Notes: generated by a model not told the origin, from the sequence alone. DNA of 64,000 nucleotides from Eledone cirrhosa (GCA_964016885.1 OZ024741.1:36890001-36954000); one strand, 5' to 3'. Numbered from the stretch's first letter, positions 46,701 to 59,517 are shown. Numbers and translations are program-made.

Positions 46701-49700
46701 GTTGTTGTGGTGGTTGTGGTGGTGGTCATTGTTTTTGTGGTGGTGGTGGTCATTGTTGTGGTGGTGGTGGTCATTGTTGTTGTGGTGGTGGTGGTCATTG
46801 TTGTTGTGGGGGTTGTGGTCATTGTTGTTGTTGTGGTGGTGGTGGTCATTGTTGTTGTGGTGTTGGTGGTCATTGTTGTTGTGGTGTTGGTGGTCATTGT
46901 TGTTTTGGTGTTGGTGGTCATTGTTGTTGTGGTGGTTGTGGTGGTGGTCATTGTTGTTGTAGTGGTTGTGGTGGTGGTCATTGTTGTTGTAGTGGTTGTG
47001 GTGGTGATCATTGTTGTTGTGGTGTTGGTGTTGGTGGTCATTGTTGTTGTGGTGGTGGTCATTGTTGTTGTGTGGTGGTTGTGGTGGTGGTCATTGTTGT
47101 TGTGGTGTTGGTGTTGGTGGTCATTGTTGTTGTGGTGGTGGTGGTGGTCATTGTTGTTGTGTGGTGGTTGTGGTGATGGTCATTGTTGTTGTGTTGGTGG
47201 TGGTGGTGGTCATTATTGTTGTTGTGGTGGTGGTGGTGGTCATTGTTGTTGTTGTGGTGGTGGTGGTGGTGGTCATTCTTGTTGTAGTGGTTGTGGTGGT
47301 GGTCATTGTTGTTGTAGTGGTTGTGGTGGTGGTCATTGTTGTTGTGGTGGTGGTGGTTATTGTTGTTGTAGTGGTGGTGGTCATTGTTGTGGTGGTGGTG
47401 GTGGTGGTCATTGTTGTTGTAGTGGTTGTGGTGGTGGTCATTGTTGTTGTAGTGGTTGTGGTGGTGGTCATTGTTGTTGTGGTGGTTGTGGTCATTTTTG
47501 TTGTAGTGGTTGTTGTTGTGGTGGTTGTGGTGGTGGTCATTGTTGTTGTGGTGGTGGTGGTCATTGTTGTTGTGGTGTTGGTGGTCATTGTTGTTGTGGT
47601 GTTTGTGGTGGTGGTCATTGTTGTTGTGGTGGTGGTGTTCATTGTTGTTGTGGTGGTTGTGGTGGTGGTCATTGTTGTTGTGGTGGTGGTGGTCATTGTT
47701 GTTTTGGTGTTGGTGGTCATTGTTGTTGTGGTGGTTGTGGTGGTAGTCATTGTTGTTGTGGTGGTGGTGGTCATTGTTGTTGTGGTGTTGGTGGTCATTG
47801 TTGTTGTGGTGGATGTGGTGGTGGTCGTTGTTGTTGTGGTGGTAGTGGTGGTGGTCATTGTTGTAGTGGTGGTTGTGGTCGTGGTCATTGTTGTTGTGGT
47901 GGTCGTGGTGGTGGTCATTGTTGTTGTGGTGGTGGTGGTCATTGTTGTTGTGGTGGTGGTGGTGGTGGTCATTGTTGTTGTGTGGTGGTTGTGGTAGTGG
48001 TCATTCTTGTTGTGTGGTGGTTGTGGTGGTGGTCATTGTTGTTGTGTTGGTGGTGGTGGTGGTCATTGTTGTTGTGGTGGTGGTGGTGGAGGTCATTGTT
48101 GTTGTTGTGGTGGTGGTGGTGGTGGTCATTGTTGTTGTAGTGGTTGTGGTGGTGGTCATTGTTGTTGTAGTGGTTGTGGTGGTGGTTATTGTTGTTGTAG
48201 TGGTGGTGGTCATTGTTGTGGTGGTGGTGGTGGTCATTGTTGTTGTAGTGGTTGTGGTGGTGGTCATTGTTGTTGTAGTGGTTGTGGTGGTGGTCATTGT
48301 TATTGTGGTGGTTGTGGTCATTGTTGTTGTAGTGGTTGTTGTTGTGGTGGTTGTGGTGGTGGTCATTGTTGTTGTGGTGGTGGTGGTCATTGTTGTTGTG
48401 GTGGTTGTTGTTGTGGTGGTGGTGGTGGTCATTGTTGTTGCGGTGCTGGTGGTCATTGTTGTTGTTGTGGTGGTGGTGGTGGTCATTGTTGTTGTGGTGG
48501 TGGTGGTCATTGTTTTTGTGGTGGTTGTGGTGGTGGTCATTGTTGTTGTGGTGGTGGTGGTCATTGTTGTTGTGGTGGTTGTGGTGGTGGTCATTGTTGT
48601 TGTGGTGGTGGTGGTCATTATTGTTGTGGTGGTTGTGGTGGTGGTCATTGTTGTTGTGGTGGTTGTGGTGGTGGTCATTGTTGTTGTGGTGTTGGTGGTC
48701 ATTGTTGTTGAGGTGGTGGTGGTGGTCATTGTTGTTGTGGTGTTGGTGGTCATTGTTGTTGTGGTGGTGGTGGTCATCGTTGTTGTGGTGGTGCTGGTCA
48801 TCGTTGTTGTGGTGGTGGTGGTGGCGGTCATTTTTGTTGTGGTGGTTGTGGTGGTGGTCATTCTTGTTGTGGTGTTGGTGGTCATTGTTGTTGTGGTGGT
48901 GGTGGTGGTGGTCATTGTTGTTGTGGTGGTGGTGGTGGTCATTGTTGTTGTGGTGTTGGTGGTCATTGTTGTTGTGGTGGTGGTGGTGGTGGTCACTGTT
49001 GTTGTGGTGGTGGTGTTGGTGGTCATTGTTGTTGTGGTGGTGGTGGTGGTGGTCATTGTTGTTGTGGTGTTGGTGGTCATTGTTGTTGTGGTGGTGGTGG
49101 TGGTGGTGGTCATTGTTGTTGTGGTGGTGGTGGTGGTGGTCATTGTTGTTGTGGTGGTTGTGGTGGTGGTCATTGTTGTTGTGGTGGTGGTGGTCATTGT
49201 TGTTGTGGTGGTGGTGTTCATTGTTGTTGTGGTGGTTGTGGTGGTGGTCATTGTTGTTGTGGTGGTGGTGGTCATTGTTGTTGTGGTGGTGGTGGTCATT
49301 GTTGTTGTGGTGGTGGTGGTCATTGTTGTTGTGGTGGTGGTGGTCATTGTTGTTGTGGGGGTTGTGGTCATTGTTGTTGTGGTGGTGGTGGTGGTCATTG
49401 TTGTTGTGGTGTTGGTGGTCATTGTTGTTGTGGTGTTGGTGGTCATTGTTGTTGTGGTGGTGGTTGTGGTGGTCATTGTTGTTGTAGTGGTTGTGGGGGT
49501 GGTCATTGTTGTTGTAGTGGTTGTGGTGGTGGTCATTGTTGTTGTGGTGTTGGTGTTGGTGGTCATTGTTGTTGTGGTGGTGGTCATTGTTGTTTTGTGG
49601 TGGTTGTGGTGGTGGTCATTGTTGTTGTGGTGTTGGTGTTGGTGGTCATTGTTGTTGTGGTGGTGTTGGTCATTGTTGTTGTGTGGTGGTGGTCATTGTT

Positions 49701-52700
49701 GTAGTGGTGGTGGTGGTCATTGTTGTTGTGGTGGTGGTGGTCAATGTTGTTGTGGTGGTGGTGGTCATTGTTGTTGTTGTTGTGGTGTTGGTGGTCATTG
49801 TTGTTGTGGTGGTGGTGGTCATTGTTGTTGTGGTGGTTGTGGTGGTGGTCATTGTTGTTGTGGTGGTGGTGGTGGTGGTCATTGTTGTGGTGGTGGTGGT
49901 GGTGGTCATTGTTGTGGTGGTGGTGTTGGTTATTGTTGTTGTAGTGGTTGTGGTGGTGGTCATTGTTGTTGTGATGGTGGTGGTCATTGTTGTTGTGGTG
50001 GTGATGGTGGTGGTCATTGTTGTGTTGGTGGTGGTGGTGGTCATTGTTGTTGTGGTGGTTGTGGTGGTGGTCATTGTTGTTGTGGCGTTGGTGGTCATTG
50101 TTGTTGTGGTGGTTGTGGTGGTGGTCATTGTTGTTGTGGTGGTGGTGTTCATTGTTGTTGTGGTGGTTGTGGTGGTATTCATTGTTGTTGTGGTGTTGGA
50201 GGTCATTATTGTTCTGGTGGTTGTGGTGGTGGTCATTGTTGTTGTGGTGGTGGTGGTCATTGTTGTTGTGGTGTTTGTGGTCATTGTTGTTGTGGTGTTT
50301 GTGGTGGTGGTCATTGTTGTTGTGGTGGTGGTGGTCATTGTTGTTGTGGTGGTTGTGGTCATTGTTGTTTTGGTGGTTGTGGTGGTAGTCATTGTTGTTG
50401 TGGTGTTGGTGGTCATTGTTGTTGTGGTGGTTGTTGTGGTGGTCATTGTTGTTGTGGTGGTGGTGGTCATTGTTGTTGTGGTGTTGGTGGTCATTGTTGT
50501 TGTGGTGGATGTGGTGGTGGTCATTGTTGTTATGGTGGTAGTGGTGGTGGTCATTGTTGTAGTGGTGGTTGTGGTCGTGGTCATTGTTGTTGTGGTGGTC
50601 GTGGTGGTGGTCATTGTTTTTGTGGTGGTGGTGGTCATTGTTGTTTTGGTGGTTGTGGTGGTGGTCATTGTTGTAGTGGTGTTTGTGGTGGTGGTCATTG
50701 TTGTTGTGGTGGTGGTGGTCATTGTTGTTTTGGTGTTGGTGGTCATTGTTGTTGTGGTGTTTGTGGTGGTGGTCATTGTTGTTGTGGTGGTAGTGGTGGT
50801 GGTCATTGTTGTAGTGGTGGTTGTGGTGGTGGTCATTGTTGTTGTGGTGGTGGTGGTCATTGTTGTTGTGGTGGTTGTGGTGGTGGTCATTGTTGTTGTG
50901 GTGGTGGTGGTCATTGTTTTTTTGGTGTTGGTGGTCATTGTTGTTGTGGTGGTGGTAGTCATTGTTGTTGTGGTGGTGGTGGTCATTGTTATTGTGGTGG
51001 TGGTGGTGGTGGTGGTCATTGTTGTTGTGGTGGTGGTGGTCATTGTTGTTTTGGTGGTGGTGGTGGTGGTCATTGTTGTTTTGGTGTTGGTGGTCATTGC
51101 TGTTGTGGTGTTGGTGGTCATTGTTGTTGTGGTGGTTGTGGTGTTGGTCATTGTTGTTGTGGTGGTAGTGGTGGTGGTCATTGTTGTAGTGGTGGTTGTG
51201 GTGGTGGTCATTGTTGTTGTGGTGGTGGTGGTTGTGGTCATTGTTGTTGTGGTGGTTGTGGTGGTGGTCATTGTTGTTGTGGTGGTGGTGGTCATTGTTG
51301 TTGTGGTGGTGGTGTTCATTGTTGTTGTGGTGGTTGTGGTGGTGGTCATTGTTGTTGTGGTGGTGGTGGTCATTGTTGTTGTGGTGGTGGTGGTCATTGT
51401 TGTTGTGGTGGTGGTGGTCATTGTTGTTGTTGTGGTGGTGGGGGTCATTGTTGTTGTGGTGGTGGTGGTCATTGTTGTTGTGGTGGTTGTGGTGGTGGTC
51501 ATTGTTGTTGTGGTGGTTGTGGTGGTGCTCATTGTTGTTGTGGTGGTAGTGGTGGTAGTCATTGTTGTAGTGGTGGTTGTGGTGGTGGTCATTGTTGTTG
51601 TGGTGGTGTTGGTTGTGGTCATTGTTGTTGTGGTGGTTGTGGTGGTGGTCATTGTTTTTGTGGTGTTGGTGGTCATTGTTGTGGTGGTGGTGGTCATTGT
51701 TGTTGTGGTGGTTGTGGTCATTGTTGTTGTGGTGTTTGTGGTCATTGTTCTTGTGGTGGTTGTGGTGGTGGTCATTGTTGTTGTGGTGGTGGTGGTCATC
51801 GTTGTTGTGGTGGTTGTGGTGGTGGTCATTGTTGTAGTGGTGGTGGCGGTTATTGTTGTTGTGGTGGTGGTGTTCATTGTTGTTGTGGTGGTGGTGGTCA
51901 TTGTTGTTGTGGTGGTGGTGGTCATTGTTGTTGTGGTGGTGGTGGTCATTGTTGTTGTGGGGGTTGTGGTCATTGTTGTTGTGGTGGTGGTGGTCATTGT
52001 TGTTTTGGTGGTGGTGGTCATTGTTGTTGTGGGGGTTGTGGTGGTGGTCATTGTTGTTGTGGTGGTTGTGGTGGTGGTCATTGTTGTTGTGGTGGTGGTG
52101 GTCATTGTTGTTGTGGTGGTTGTGGTGGTGGTCATTGTTGTTGTGGTGGTGGTGGTCATTGTTGTTGTGGTGGTGGTGGTCATTGTTGTTGTGGTGGTGG
52201 TGGTCATTGTTGTTGTGGGGGTTGTGGTCATTGTTGTTGTTGTGGTGGTGGTGGTCATTGTTGTTGTGGTGTTGGTGGTCATTGTTGTTGTGGTGTTGGT
52301 GGTCATTGTTGTTTTGGTGTTGGTGGTCATTGTTGTTGTGGTGGTTGTGGTGGTGGTCATTGTTGTTGTAGTGGTTGTGGTGGTGGTCATTGTTGTTGTA
52401 GTGGTTGTGGTGGTGAATATTGTTGTTGTGGTGTTGGTGTTGGTGGTCATTGTTGTTGTGGTGGTGGTCATTGTTGTTGTGTGGTGGTTGTGGTGGTGGT
52501 CATTGTTGTTGTGGTGTTGGTGTTGGTGGTCATTGTTGTTGTGGTGGTGGTGGTGGTCATTGTTGTTGTGTGGTGGTTGTGGTGATGGTCATTCTTGTTG
52601 TGTTGGTGGTGGTGGTGGTCATTATTGTTGTGGTGGTGGTGGTGGTGGTCATTGTTGTTGTTGTGGTGGTGGTGGTGGTGGTCATTGTTGTTGTAGTGGT

Positions 52701-55700
52701 TGTGGTGGTGGTCCTTGTTGTTGTAGTGGTTGTGGTGGTGGTCATTGTTGTTGTGGTGGTGGTGGTTATTGTTGTTGTAGTGGTGGTGGTCATTGTTGTG
52801 GTGGTGGTGGTGGTGGTCATTGTTGTTGTTATGGTTGTGGTGGTGGTCATTGTTGTTGTAGTGGTTGTGGTGGTGGTCATTGTTGTTGTGGTGTTTGTGG
52901 TCATTTTTGTTGTAGTGGTTGTTGTTGTGGTGGTTGTGGTGGTGGTCATTGTTGTTGTGGTGGTGGTGGTCATTGTTGTTGTGGTGGTTGTTGTTGTGGT
53001 GGTGGTGGTGGTCATTGTTGTTGTGGTGGTGGTGGTCATTGTTGTTGTGGTGTTGGTGGTCATTGTTGTTGTGGTGTTTGTGGTGGTGGTCATTGTTGTT
53101 GTGGTGGTGGTGGTCATTGTTGTTGTGGTGGTTGTGGTGGTGGTCATTGTTGTTGTGGTGGTGGTGGTCATTGTTGTTTTGGTGTTGGTGGTCATTGTTG
53201 TTGTGGTGGTTGTGGTGGTTGTCATTGTTGTTGTGGTGGTGGTGGTCATTGTTGTTGTGGTGTTGGTGGTCATTGTTGTTGTGGTGGATGTGGTGGTGGT
53301 CGTTGTTGTTGTGGTGGTAGTGGTGGTGGTCATTGTTGTAGTGGTGGTTGTGGTCGTGGTCATTGTTGTTGTGGTGGTCGTGGTGGTGGTCATTGTTGTT
53401 GTGGTGGTGGTGGTCATTGTTTTTGTGTTGGTGGTGGTGGTGGTCATTGTTGTTGTGGTGGTGGTGGTGGTGGTCATTGTTGTTGTGTGGTGGTTGTGGT
53501 AGTGGTCATTCTTGTTGTGTGGTGGTTGTGGTGGTGGTCATTGTTGTTGTGTTGGTGGTGGTGGTGGTCATTGTTGTTGTGGTGGTGGTGGTGGAGGTCA
53601 TTGTTGTTGTGGTGGTGGTTGTGGTGGTGGTCATTGTTGTTGTAGTGGTTGTGGTGGTGGTCATTGTTGTTGTAGTGGTTGTGGTGGTGGTTACTGTTGT
53701 TGTAGTGGTGGTGGTCATTGTTGTGGTGGTGGTCATTGTTGTTGTAGTGGTTGTGGTGGTGGTCATTGTTGTTGTAGTGGTTGTGGTGGTGGTCATTGTT
53801 GTTGTGGTGGTTGTGGTCATTGTTGTTGTAGTGGATGTTGTTGTGGTGGTTGTGGTGGTGGTCATTGTTGTTGTGGTGGTGGTGGTCATTGTTGTTGTGG
53901 TGGTTGTTGTTGTGGTGGTGGTGGTGGTCATTGTTGTTGCGGTGCTGGTGGTCATTGTTGTTGTGGTGGTGGTGGTGGTGGTCATTGTTGTTGTGGTGGT
54001 GGTGGTCATTGTTTTTGTGGTGGTTGTGGTGGTGGTCATTGTTGTTGTGGTGGTGGTGGTCATTGTTGTTGTGGTGGTTGTGGTGGTGGTCATTGTTGTT
54101 GTGGTGGTGGTGGTCATTGTTGTTGTGGTGGTTGTGGTGGTGGTCATTGTTGTTGTGGTGGTTGTGGTGGTGGTCATTGTTGTTGTGGTGTTGGTGGTCA
54201 TTGTTGTTGAGGTGGTGGTGGTGGTCATTGTTGTTGTGGTGTTGGTGGTCATTGTTGTTGTGGTGGTGGTGGTCATCGTTATTGTGGTGGTGGTGGTCAT
54301 CGTTGTTGTGGTGGTGGTGGTGGCGGTCATTTTTGTTGTGGTTGTTGTGGTGGTGGTCATTCTTGTTCTGGTGTTGGTGGTCATTGTTGTTGTGGTGGTG
54401 GTGGTGGTGGTTATTGTTGTTGTGGTGGTGGTGGTGGTCATTGTTGTTGTGGTGTTGGTGGTCATTGTTGTTGTGGTGGTGGTGGTGGTGGTCATTGTTG
54501 TTGTGGTGGTGGTGTTGGTGGTCATTGTTGTTGTGGTGGTGGTGGTGGTCATTGTTGTTGTGGTGTTGGTGGTCATTGTTGTTGTGGTGGTGGTGGTGGT
54601 GGTGGTCATTGTTGTTGTGGTGTGCTGGTGGTGGTCATTGTTGTTGTGGTGGTGGTGGTGGTGATCATTGTTGTTGTGGTGGTGGTGGTCATTGTTGTTG
54701 TGGTGGTGGTGGTCATTGTTGTTGTTGTGGTGGTGGTGGTGGTCATTGTTGTTGTTGTGGTGGTGGTGGTGGTAATTGTTGTTGTGGTGGTGGTCATTGT
54801 TGTTGTGGTGGTGGTGGTGGTCATTGTTGTTGTGGTGGTTGTGGTGGTGGTTGTGGTGGTGGTTGTGGTGGTGGTCGTTGTTGTTGTGGTGTTGGCTGTC
54901 ATTGTTGATGTGGTGGTTGTAGTGGTGATCATTGTTGTGGTGGTGGTGGTCATTGTTGTTGTGGTGGTGGTGGTCATTGTTGTTGTGGTGGCTGTGGTGG
55001 TGGTCATTGTTGTTGTGGTGGTGGTGGTCATTGTTGTTGTGGTGGTGGTGGTGGTCATTGTTGTTGTGGTGGTGGTGGTCATTGTTGTTGTGGTGGCTGT
55101 GGTGGTGGTCATTGTTGTTGTGGTGGTGGTGGTAGTGGTCATTGTTGTTGTGGTGGTGGTGGTGGTCATTGTTGTTGTGGTGGTGGTAGTCATTGTTGTT
55201 GTGGTGGTTGTGGTGGTGGTCATTGTTGTTGTGGTGGTTTTGGTGGTGGTCATTGTTGTTGTGGTGGTGGTGGTCATTGTTGTTGTGGTGGTTGTGGTGG
55301 TGGTCATTGTTGTTGTGGTGGTGGTGGTGGTGGTCATTGTTGTGGTGGTTGTGGTGGTGGTCATTGTTGTTGTGGTGGTGGTGGTCATTGTTGTTGTTGT
55401 TGTGGTGGTGGTGGTCATTGTTGTTGTGGTGGCGGTGGTCATTGTTGTTGTGGTGGTGGTGGTCATTGTTGTTGTGGTGTTGGTGGTGGTGGTAATTGTT
55501 GTTGTGGTGGTTGTGGTGGTGGTTGTGGTGGTGGTCATTGTTGTGGTGGTCATTGTCGTGGTGGTGGTTGTGGTGTGCTGGTGGTCATTGTTGTTTGGTG
55601 GTGGTCATTGTTGTTGTGGTGGTGGTGGTGTGTGGTGGTGGTTGTGGTGGTGGTGGTCATTGTAGTGGTGGTGGTCATTGTTGTTGTGGTGGTGTGGTGG
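22785..55700 (+). repeat. Satellite 2: ~32.9-kb tandem array, units GGTCATTGTTGTTGT(GGT)n, commonly 24 or 30 bp
   Basis: A GGTCATT anchor is followed by (GTT)n and (GTG)n throughout, and unit lengths vary in steps of 3. Confidence 0.97.
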
Positions 55701-55734
55701 TGAGAATCTGAACTGTCACAAGATAAAGTGCCTT

Positions 55735-55964
55735 TTAACCCTTTACCATGTACATTATTCTATATTTACTATTGTATTTTCATGGCAAAGGCTTTACCTC
55801 ACATAATTATCTCACATAATATTGAATCTATTAGATTTTGATATCATTTATTTTAAGAACAATACCTTAACATCAGCATGAGTGGCCAGCTGCAGCCAGT
55901 TTGAACAGAAAGACGCGAGAGAATTGTGGCCTAGATATGGCTGGTTTAAATGCTAAAGGGTTAA
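55735..55964 (-). mobile_element. MITE family P1
   Basis: TTAACCCTTTACCATGTAC ... TTTAAATGCTAAAGGGTTAA. Confidence 0.85.
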
Positions 55965-56176
55965 ATCCATCTCTGGTTATATTTAATAAAACCATTCCAA
56001 CATAAAACTTTCCAACATAATTTCATATAAAAAATCTTTTAAGAAGTTATGTATGTTACGAAATACTGGGTAGAGGAATAACTCTGATGTCTGACACCTG
56101 CACTCCTTGGGAGGGAACAGGTTCACTGCTAATGCTCCATTGTATACATCGTCTGCCCCAGTTCATTTTAATTTCT

Positions 56177-56812
56177 AATTCTTTCATTAACATATTTGTA
56201 ATGAAAAATATTGCCTATAATTATTAAATAATTTTGAAAATAATAAAAATTTTAGAGGGATTTCATTATTAATCAAGCCAGAATTCTCACTTCTTTTTGT
56301 TCAAACCGACTGTAACCGGCCACTCATACAAATGTTAAAGTATTGTTCTCAAAATATATAACATCAAAATCTCATAGATTCGATATTATGGAAGATAAAT
56401 ATGTGAGGTAAAACCTTTACCACGAAAATACAATAGTATATATAGAGCAATGTAAATGGTAAAGGGTTAAACTGGTGTTTGGAGCATAACTGAACAAAAG
56501 TCCTTACATAATAAACCTTTTAACCCTTTAGCATTTACATTACTCTATATATACTATTGTATTTTCACAGTAAACAGTTTATATAACATAATTATCTCAC
56601 ATAATATCGAATCTACGAGATTTTGATACTGTTTATTTTGAGAACAATACCTTAACATTAATATGAGTGACTGTTTACAGCCAGTTTGAACAGAAATAGG
56701 TAAGGAATTTCTGGCCAGATATGGCTGGTTTAAATGCTAAAGGGTTAAAATAAACAGTTTTGTATCAAAGAACTAGGTTCCGTTTCAGGTGGTTTAGTAT
56801 CAAAAGAGTTTA
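56177..56812 (+). mobile_element. MITE family P2 with two nested P1 copies (~56269-56470, + strand, left end lost; 56520-56748, - strand)
   Basis: P2 interior resumes after each P1 end (CTGGTGTTTGGAGCATAA; TTTCAGGTGGTTTAGTATCAAAAGAG). The second P1 has intact TIRs and TTAA on both sides. Confidence 0.8.
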
Positions 56813-56907
56813 TTCAAAATTTTATTCCTCCATAACCAGAATACTTACTAATCTACCAGTGAGGTCCACATTTTAAATATGTGATTTATCTCAGTTCCCA
56901 TCTCAAT

Positions 56908-57606
56908 TTAACCCTTTTGATACCAACTTATCCAAAACTCTCCTAGATATATGATAAAAAACTGGCCATTTAAAAAAGTTTGTACTTACTAGTAAAACCT
57001 TCCTTCATAATCTATATATAAATTTCAGCGACTTCCATTCATCACACAATGTGTGTGTGTTTGAATGTATGTGTGTGTACAAGGAAGGAAGGGGATGGTG
57101 AAAAAACTAAAGCAAAACAGTTGCTAGCGTTTCATTTGCTATGCTGTGTGTATGTGTGTGTTTGTGTGAATGTACGTGTGTGTTTGTGTGAATGTATGTG
57201 TGTGTATTTGTGTGAATGTATGTGTGTGTTTGTGTGAATGTATGTGTGTGTATTTGTGTGAATGTATGTGTGTGTATTTGTGTGAATGTATTTGTGTGAC
57301 TATGTGTGTGTTTGTGTGAATGTATGTATATTTGTGTGAACGTATATTTGTATGAATGTATGTCTGTGAGTGTGTATTTTTGTCAGTGTGTCTGTATTTG
57401 CGCATTTATATTTATATACTCATACATATAAATGTATACATATGCACATACACACACGCATCAGTGTGTTGAAAACATTCTAGTTTTATTAAAAGACGTT
57501 TTAAGTAATGTTCCAAACATTACCTTACAAATTTTAAAATTATTTTCAAAATAAATTAAAACACAAGCATTGTATTTCCTCAGAAATACGGTAATGAAAA
57601 GATTAA
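56908..57606 (-). mobile_element. MITE family P2 interrupted by a TG-rich minisatellite segment
   Basis: TTAACCCTTTTGATACCAAC ... GAAATACGGTAATGAAAAGATTAA. Confidence 0.65.
57145..57400. repeat. TG-rich minisatellite, ~22-24-bp unit TTTGTGTGAATGTATGTGTGTG(TA)
   Basis: Directly visible tandem units. Confidence 0.9.
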
Positions 57607-57917
57607 CATTATTCTGTTACTATATATCAATAGAATTGTTCATTGTGTGTAGGTAGAGGGAGGTGGGGTAGAAGATTGTGAAATTAAATTGTTTTTCATG
57701 AACCACTATTAAATTATCTCTCATGTCACTTCCTTCCACAGTGTAATGCCCCACTCCCCTCTCACACCTCTTAATTTGAGAAAGATAATGGAACATTGCC
57801 AAACTATTTGTTTATTATTATGATATCATAGAGTCATGGAAAGCTGGCATCAAGTCCAATACAAATTCCACCTCCCTTCTCAAGTATCTATCCCCCTCTT
57901 CCAGTAAATTCCAAAAC

Positions 57918-58004
57918 TTCAGAGCTGCAACCATTAACGTAGGCACAATGAGAGGAAGGTCAGGCGAGAGTGTAGAGATGTTAGAGGAAAAGGGAGTGGA
58001 CGTT
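57918..58004 (+). pseudogene. RTE-type apurinic endonuclease N-terminal fragment
   Basis: Manual translation FRAATINVGTMRGRSGESVEMLEEKGVDV resembles the LINE APE start motif (TxNVxT/M). Confidence 0.7.
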
Positions 58005-58747
58005 ATATAATCTGGCATGATCTTATAGTGAAAAGAGTCCATTGGGAGTTGTGTAAAACATACAACATTGAAATGCAATGTCAGTGGTATGAACATCCTT
58101 CTCTTGGATCCTGCCTAACATATGTGAGGGAGCAGAGATATTTTGGGACCTTAAGACCACAAACAAAGTCCAATGCAACCCCCTTGATATTGTAAAAACA
58201 ACCCCTCTAATTGATATTGTGATCCCTCAAGACTACAATGTGGCTGAAAAGGGAAAGGAAAAGATCAATAAGTATGCAGACTTGTAGGCATTATTAGAAC
58301 TGAGCACTAGGCGGTGGATTGGCAGAATCGGTAAAGCATTGGACACCATGCTTTGTATCATAGAGTTATAGCCCTTTACGTTCTGAGTTCAAATCCCGCT
58401 GGGGTTAACTTTGCTTTTCATCCTTGCGGGATAGATGAAATAAAGTACCAGAATGCACTGGGGTAATTGTTGGCCTTGTCCCAAAAGTAGGCACAATTAT
58501 TAGAACTGAGCACTATGTAATGACAGAAGTCATGCCATTCGTTATTTGAATGCTATGCATGGTCCCTAAACACCTTATATCCTTCATTTTGGGATCCCTG
58601 ACTTCATAGGCAGTGCTTAAATTTCTACCATCACTAGTATTGCCAGAATTCTGCAGGATATATTGAGCCTCTAAAATCAGGGACTGATCTGAGTCCAATT
58701 AACGCTTCACCTAGAAACCAATTGCTAGAGTTTAAAAAAAAAAAAAA
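58005..58747 (+). pseudogene. R4/Dong-like non-LTR retrotransposon 3' end (restriction-like endonuclease domain) with poly(A), split by a SINE
   Basis: Manual translation gives WHDLIVKRVHWELCKTY..WYEHP and IFWDL..NPLDIV..LIDIVIPQDYNVAEKGKEKINKYADL. After the SINE it reads EVMPFVI..MVPKHL and IARILQDILSL*. An A-tract lies at 58734-58747. Confidence 0.8.
58310..58495 (+). mobile_element. tRNA-derived SINE with perfect 20-bp TSD
   Basis: A-box TGGCAGAATCGGT and B-box GAGTTCAAATCCC. ATTATTAGAACTGAGCACTA occurs at 58290-58309 and 58496-58515. Confidence 0.9.
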
Positions 58748-58954
58748 TTATTTAGGAAGACTGATCTGGATCTGTAGTATAATGCAATATTAATAAAGCT
58801 GCTGAATCTACCTGATTGTATGACTCAATGATGAGACTTCTACAGGGTCATTTGACAGCTAAAAATAACAGCTAAATTACTTGAAATCATACCATATCAT
58901 TTTAAAAAATAAGAAGGACACATTAGACAATGTAGTTACAGGTATATAAAAAAT

Positions 58955-59183
58955 GAACTGCAGGGTGAAGATGTGCCAAATGATACCTGTGGAAGGAAGC
59001 TGCTCTAGAGGAAGACCAAGAAAAACCTGGGCACTGGGAAGAGGTGATTAGAGCTGCTTACAAAATGTTAAACTTTACAGAGATGATGAAGGAATGTTGT
59101 GAGTGGAAGGAGGCTATGCTGGAAAGGACCCATCCAACCCATGAAAACATGGGAAAGTAGATATAAAATGATGGTGATGATGG
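58955..59183 (+). pseudogene. RTE LINE 3' end with (GAT)n tail
   Basis: VKMCQMIPVEGSCSRGRPRKTW carries the RTE C-terminal RGRP motif. It is followed by CCAACCCATG..CATGGGAAAGTAGA..ATGATGGTGATGATG. Confidence 0.8.
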
Positions 59184-59351
59184 AATAGTTACACCTGGAA
59201 TGTCTCTTTTATCATAGGTTTGTTTGATTAGTTATTGATATGGAGTTAAATTACAAGAAATCAATTTAGTAAATCTTCTATATAAGTAATTTAATGTCTG
59301 TGTGGTTAGGAAGTTCACTCCAGCATGGCCTGTTACCTGACTAACATATTT

Positions 59352-59517
59352 AGTGGAGTGTGGTTGCAGGTTAAGAGGTTCTTTGCTTTGCAATCATGAG
59401 GTTCCAGCTTCAATGTCACTGCATGACATCTTAGGCAAATATCTGTACCATAGCCTCAGGTGAACCCAATGTTTGTGAGGGAAATTATGTAGATGGAAAT
59501 TATATTAAAGCCCATCA
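59352..59517 (+). mobile_element. Decayed tRNA-derived SINE
   Basis: tRNA-like head (GGTTAAGAGG..GGTTCCAGCTTCAAT). The body is related to 465-600. Confidence 0.55.

Noticed and set aside
13131-55700. Telomere or telomere-fusion site
   Set aside because: No TTAGGG-type repeat is present. An end-to-end fusion would give G-rich then C-rich on one strand, the opposite of what is seen.
22720-55711. Giant poly-Thr (mucin-like), poly-Val, Trp/Leu-rich and Gly/Cys/His-rich ORFs
   Set aside because: Several frames on both strands are open because the repeat lacks stop codons. There is no signal peptide, domain or splice context, frameshifts recur and non-synonymous variants are common.
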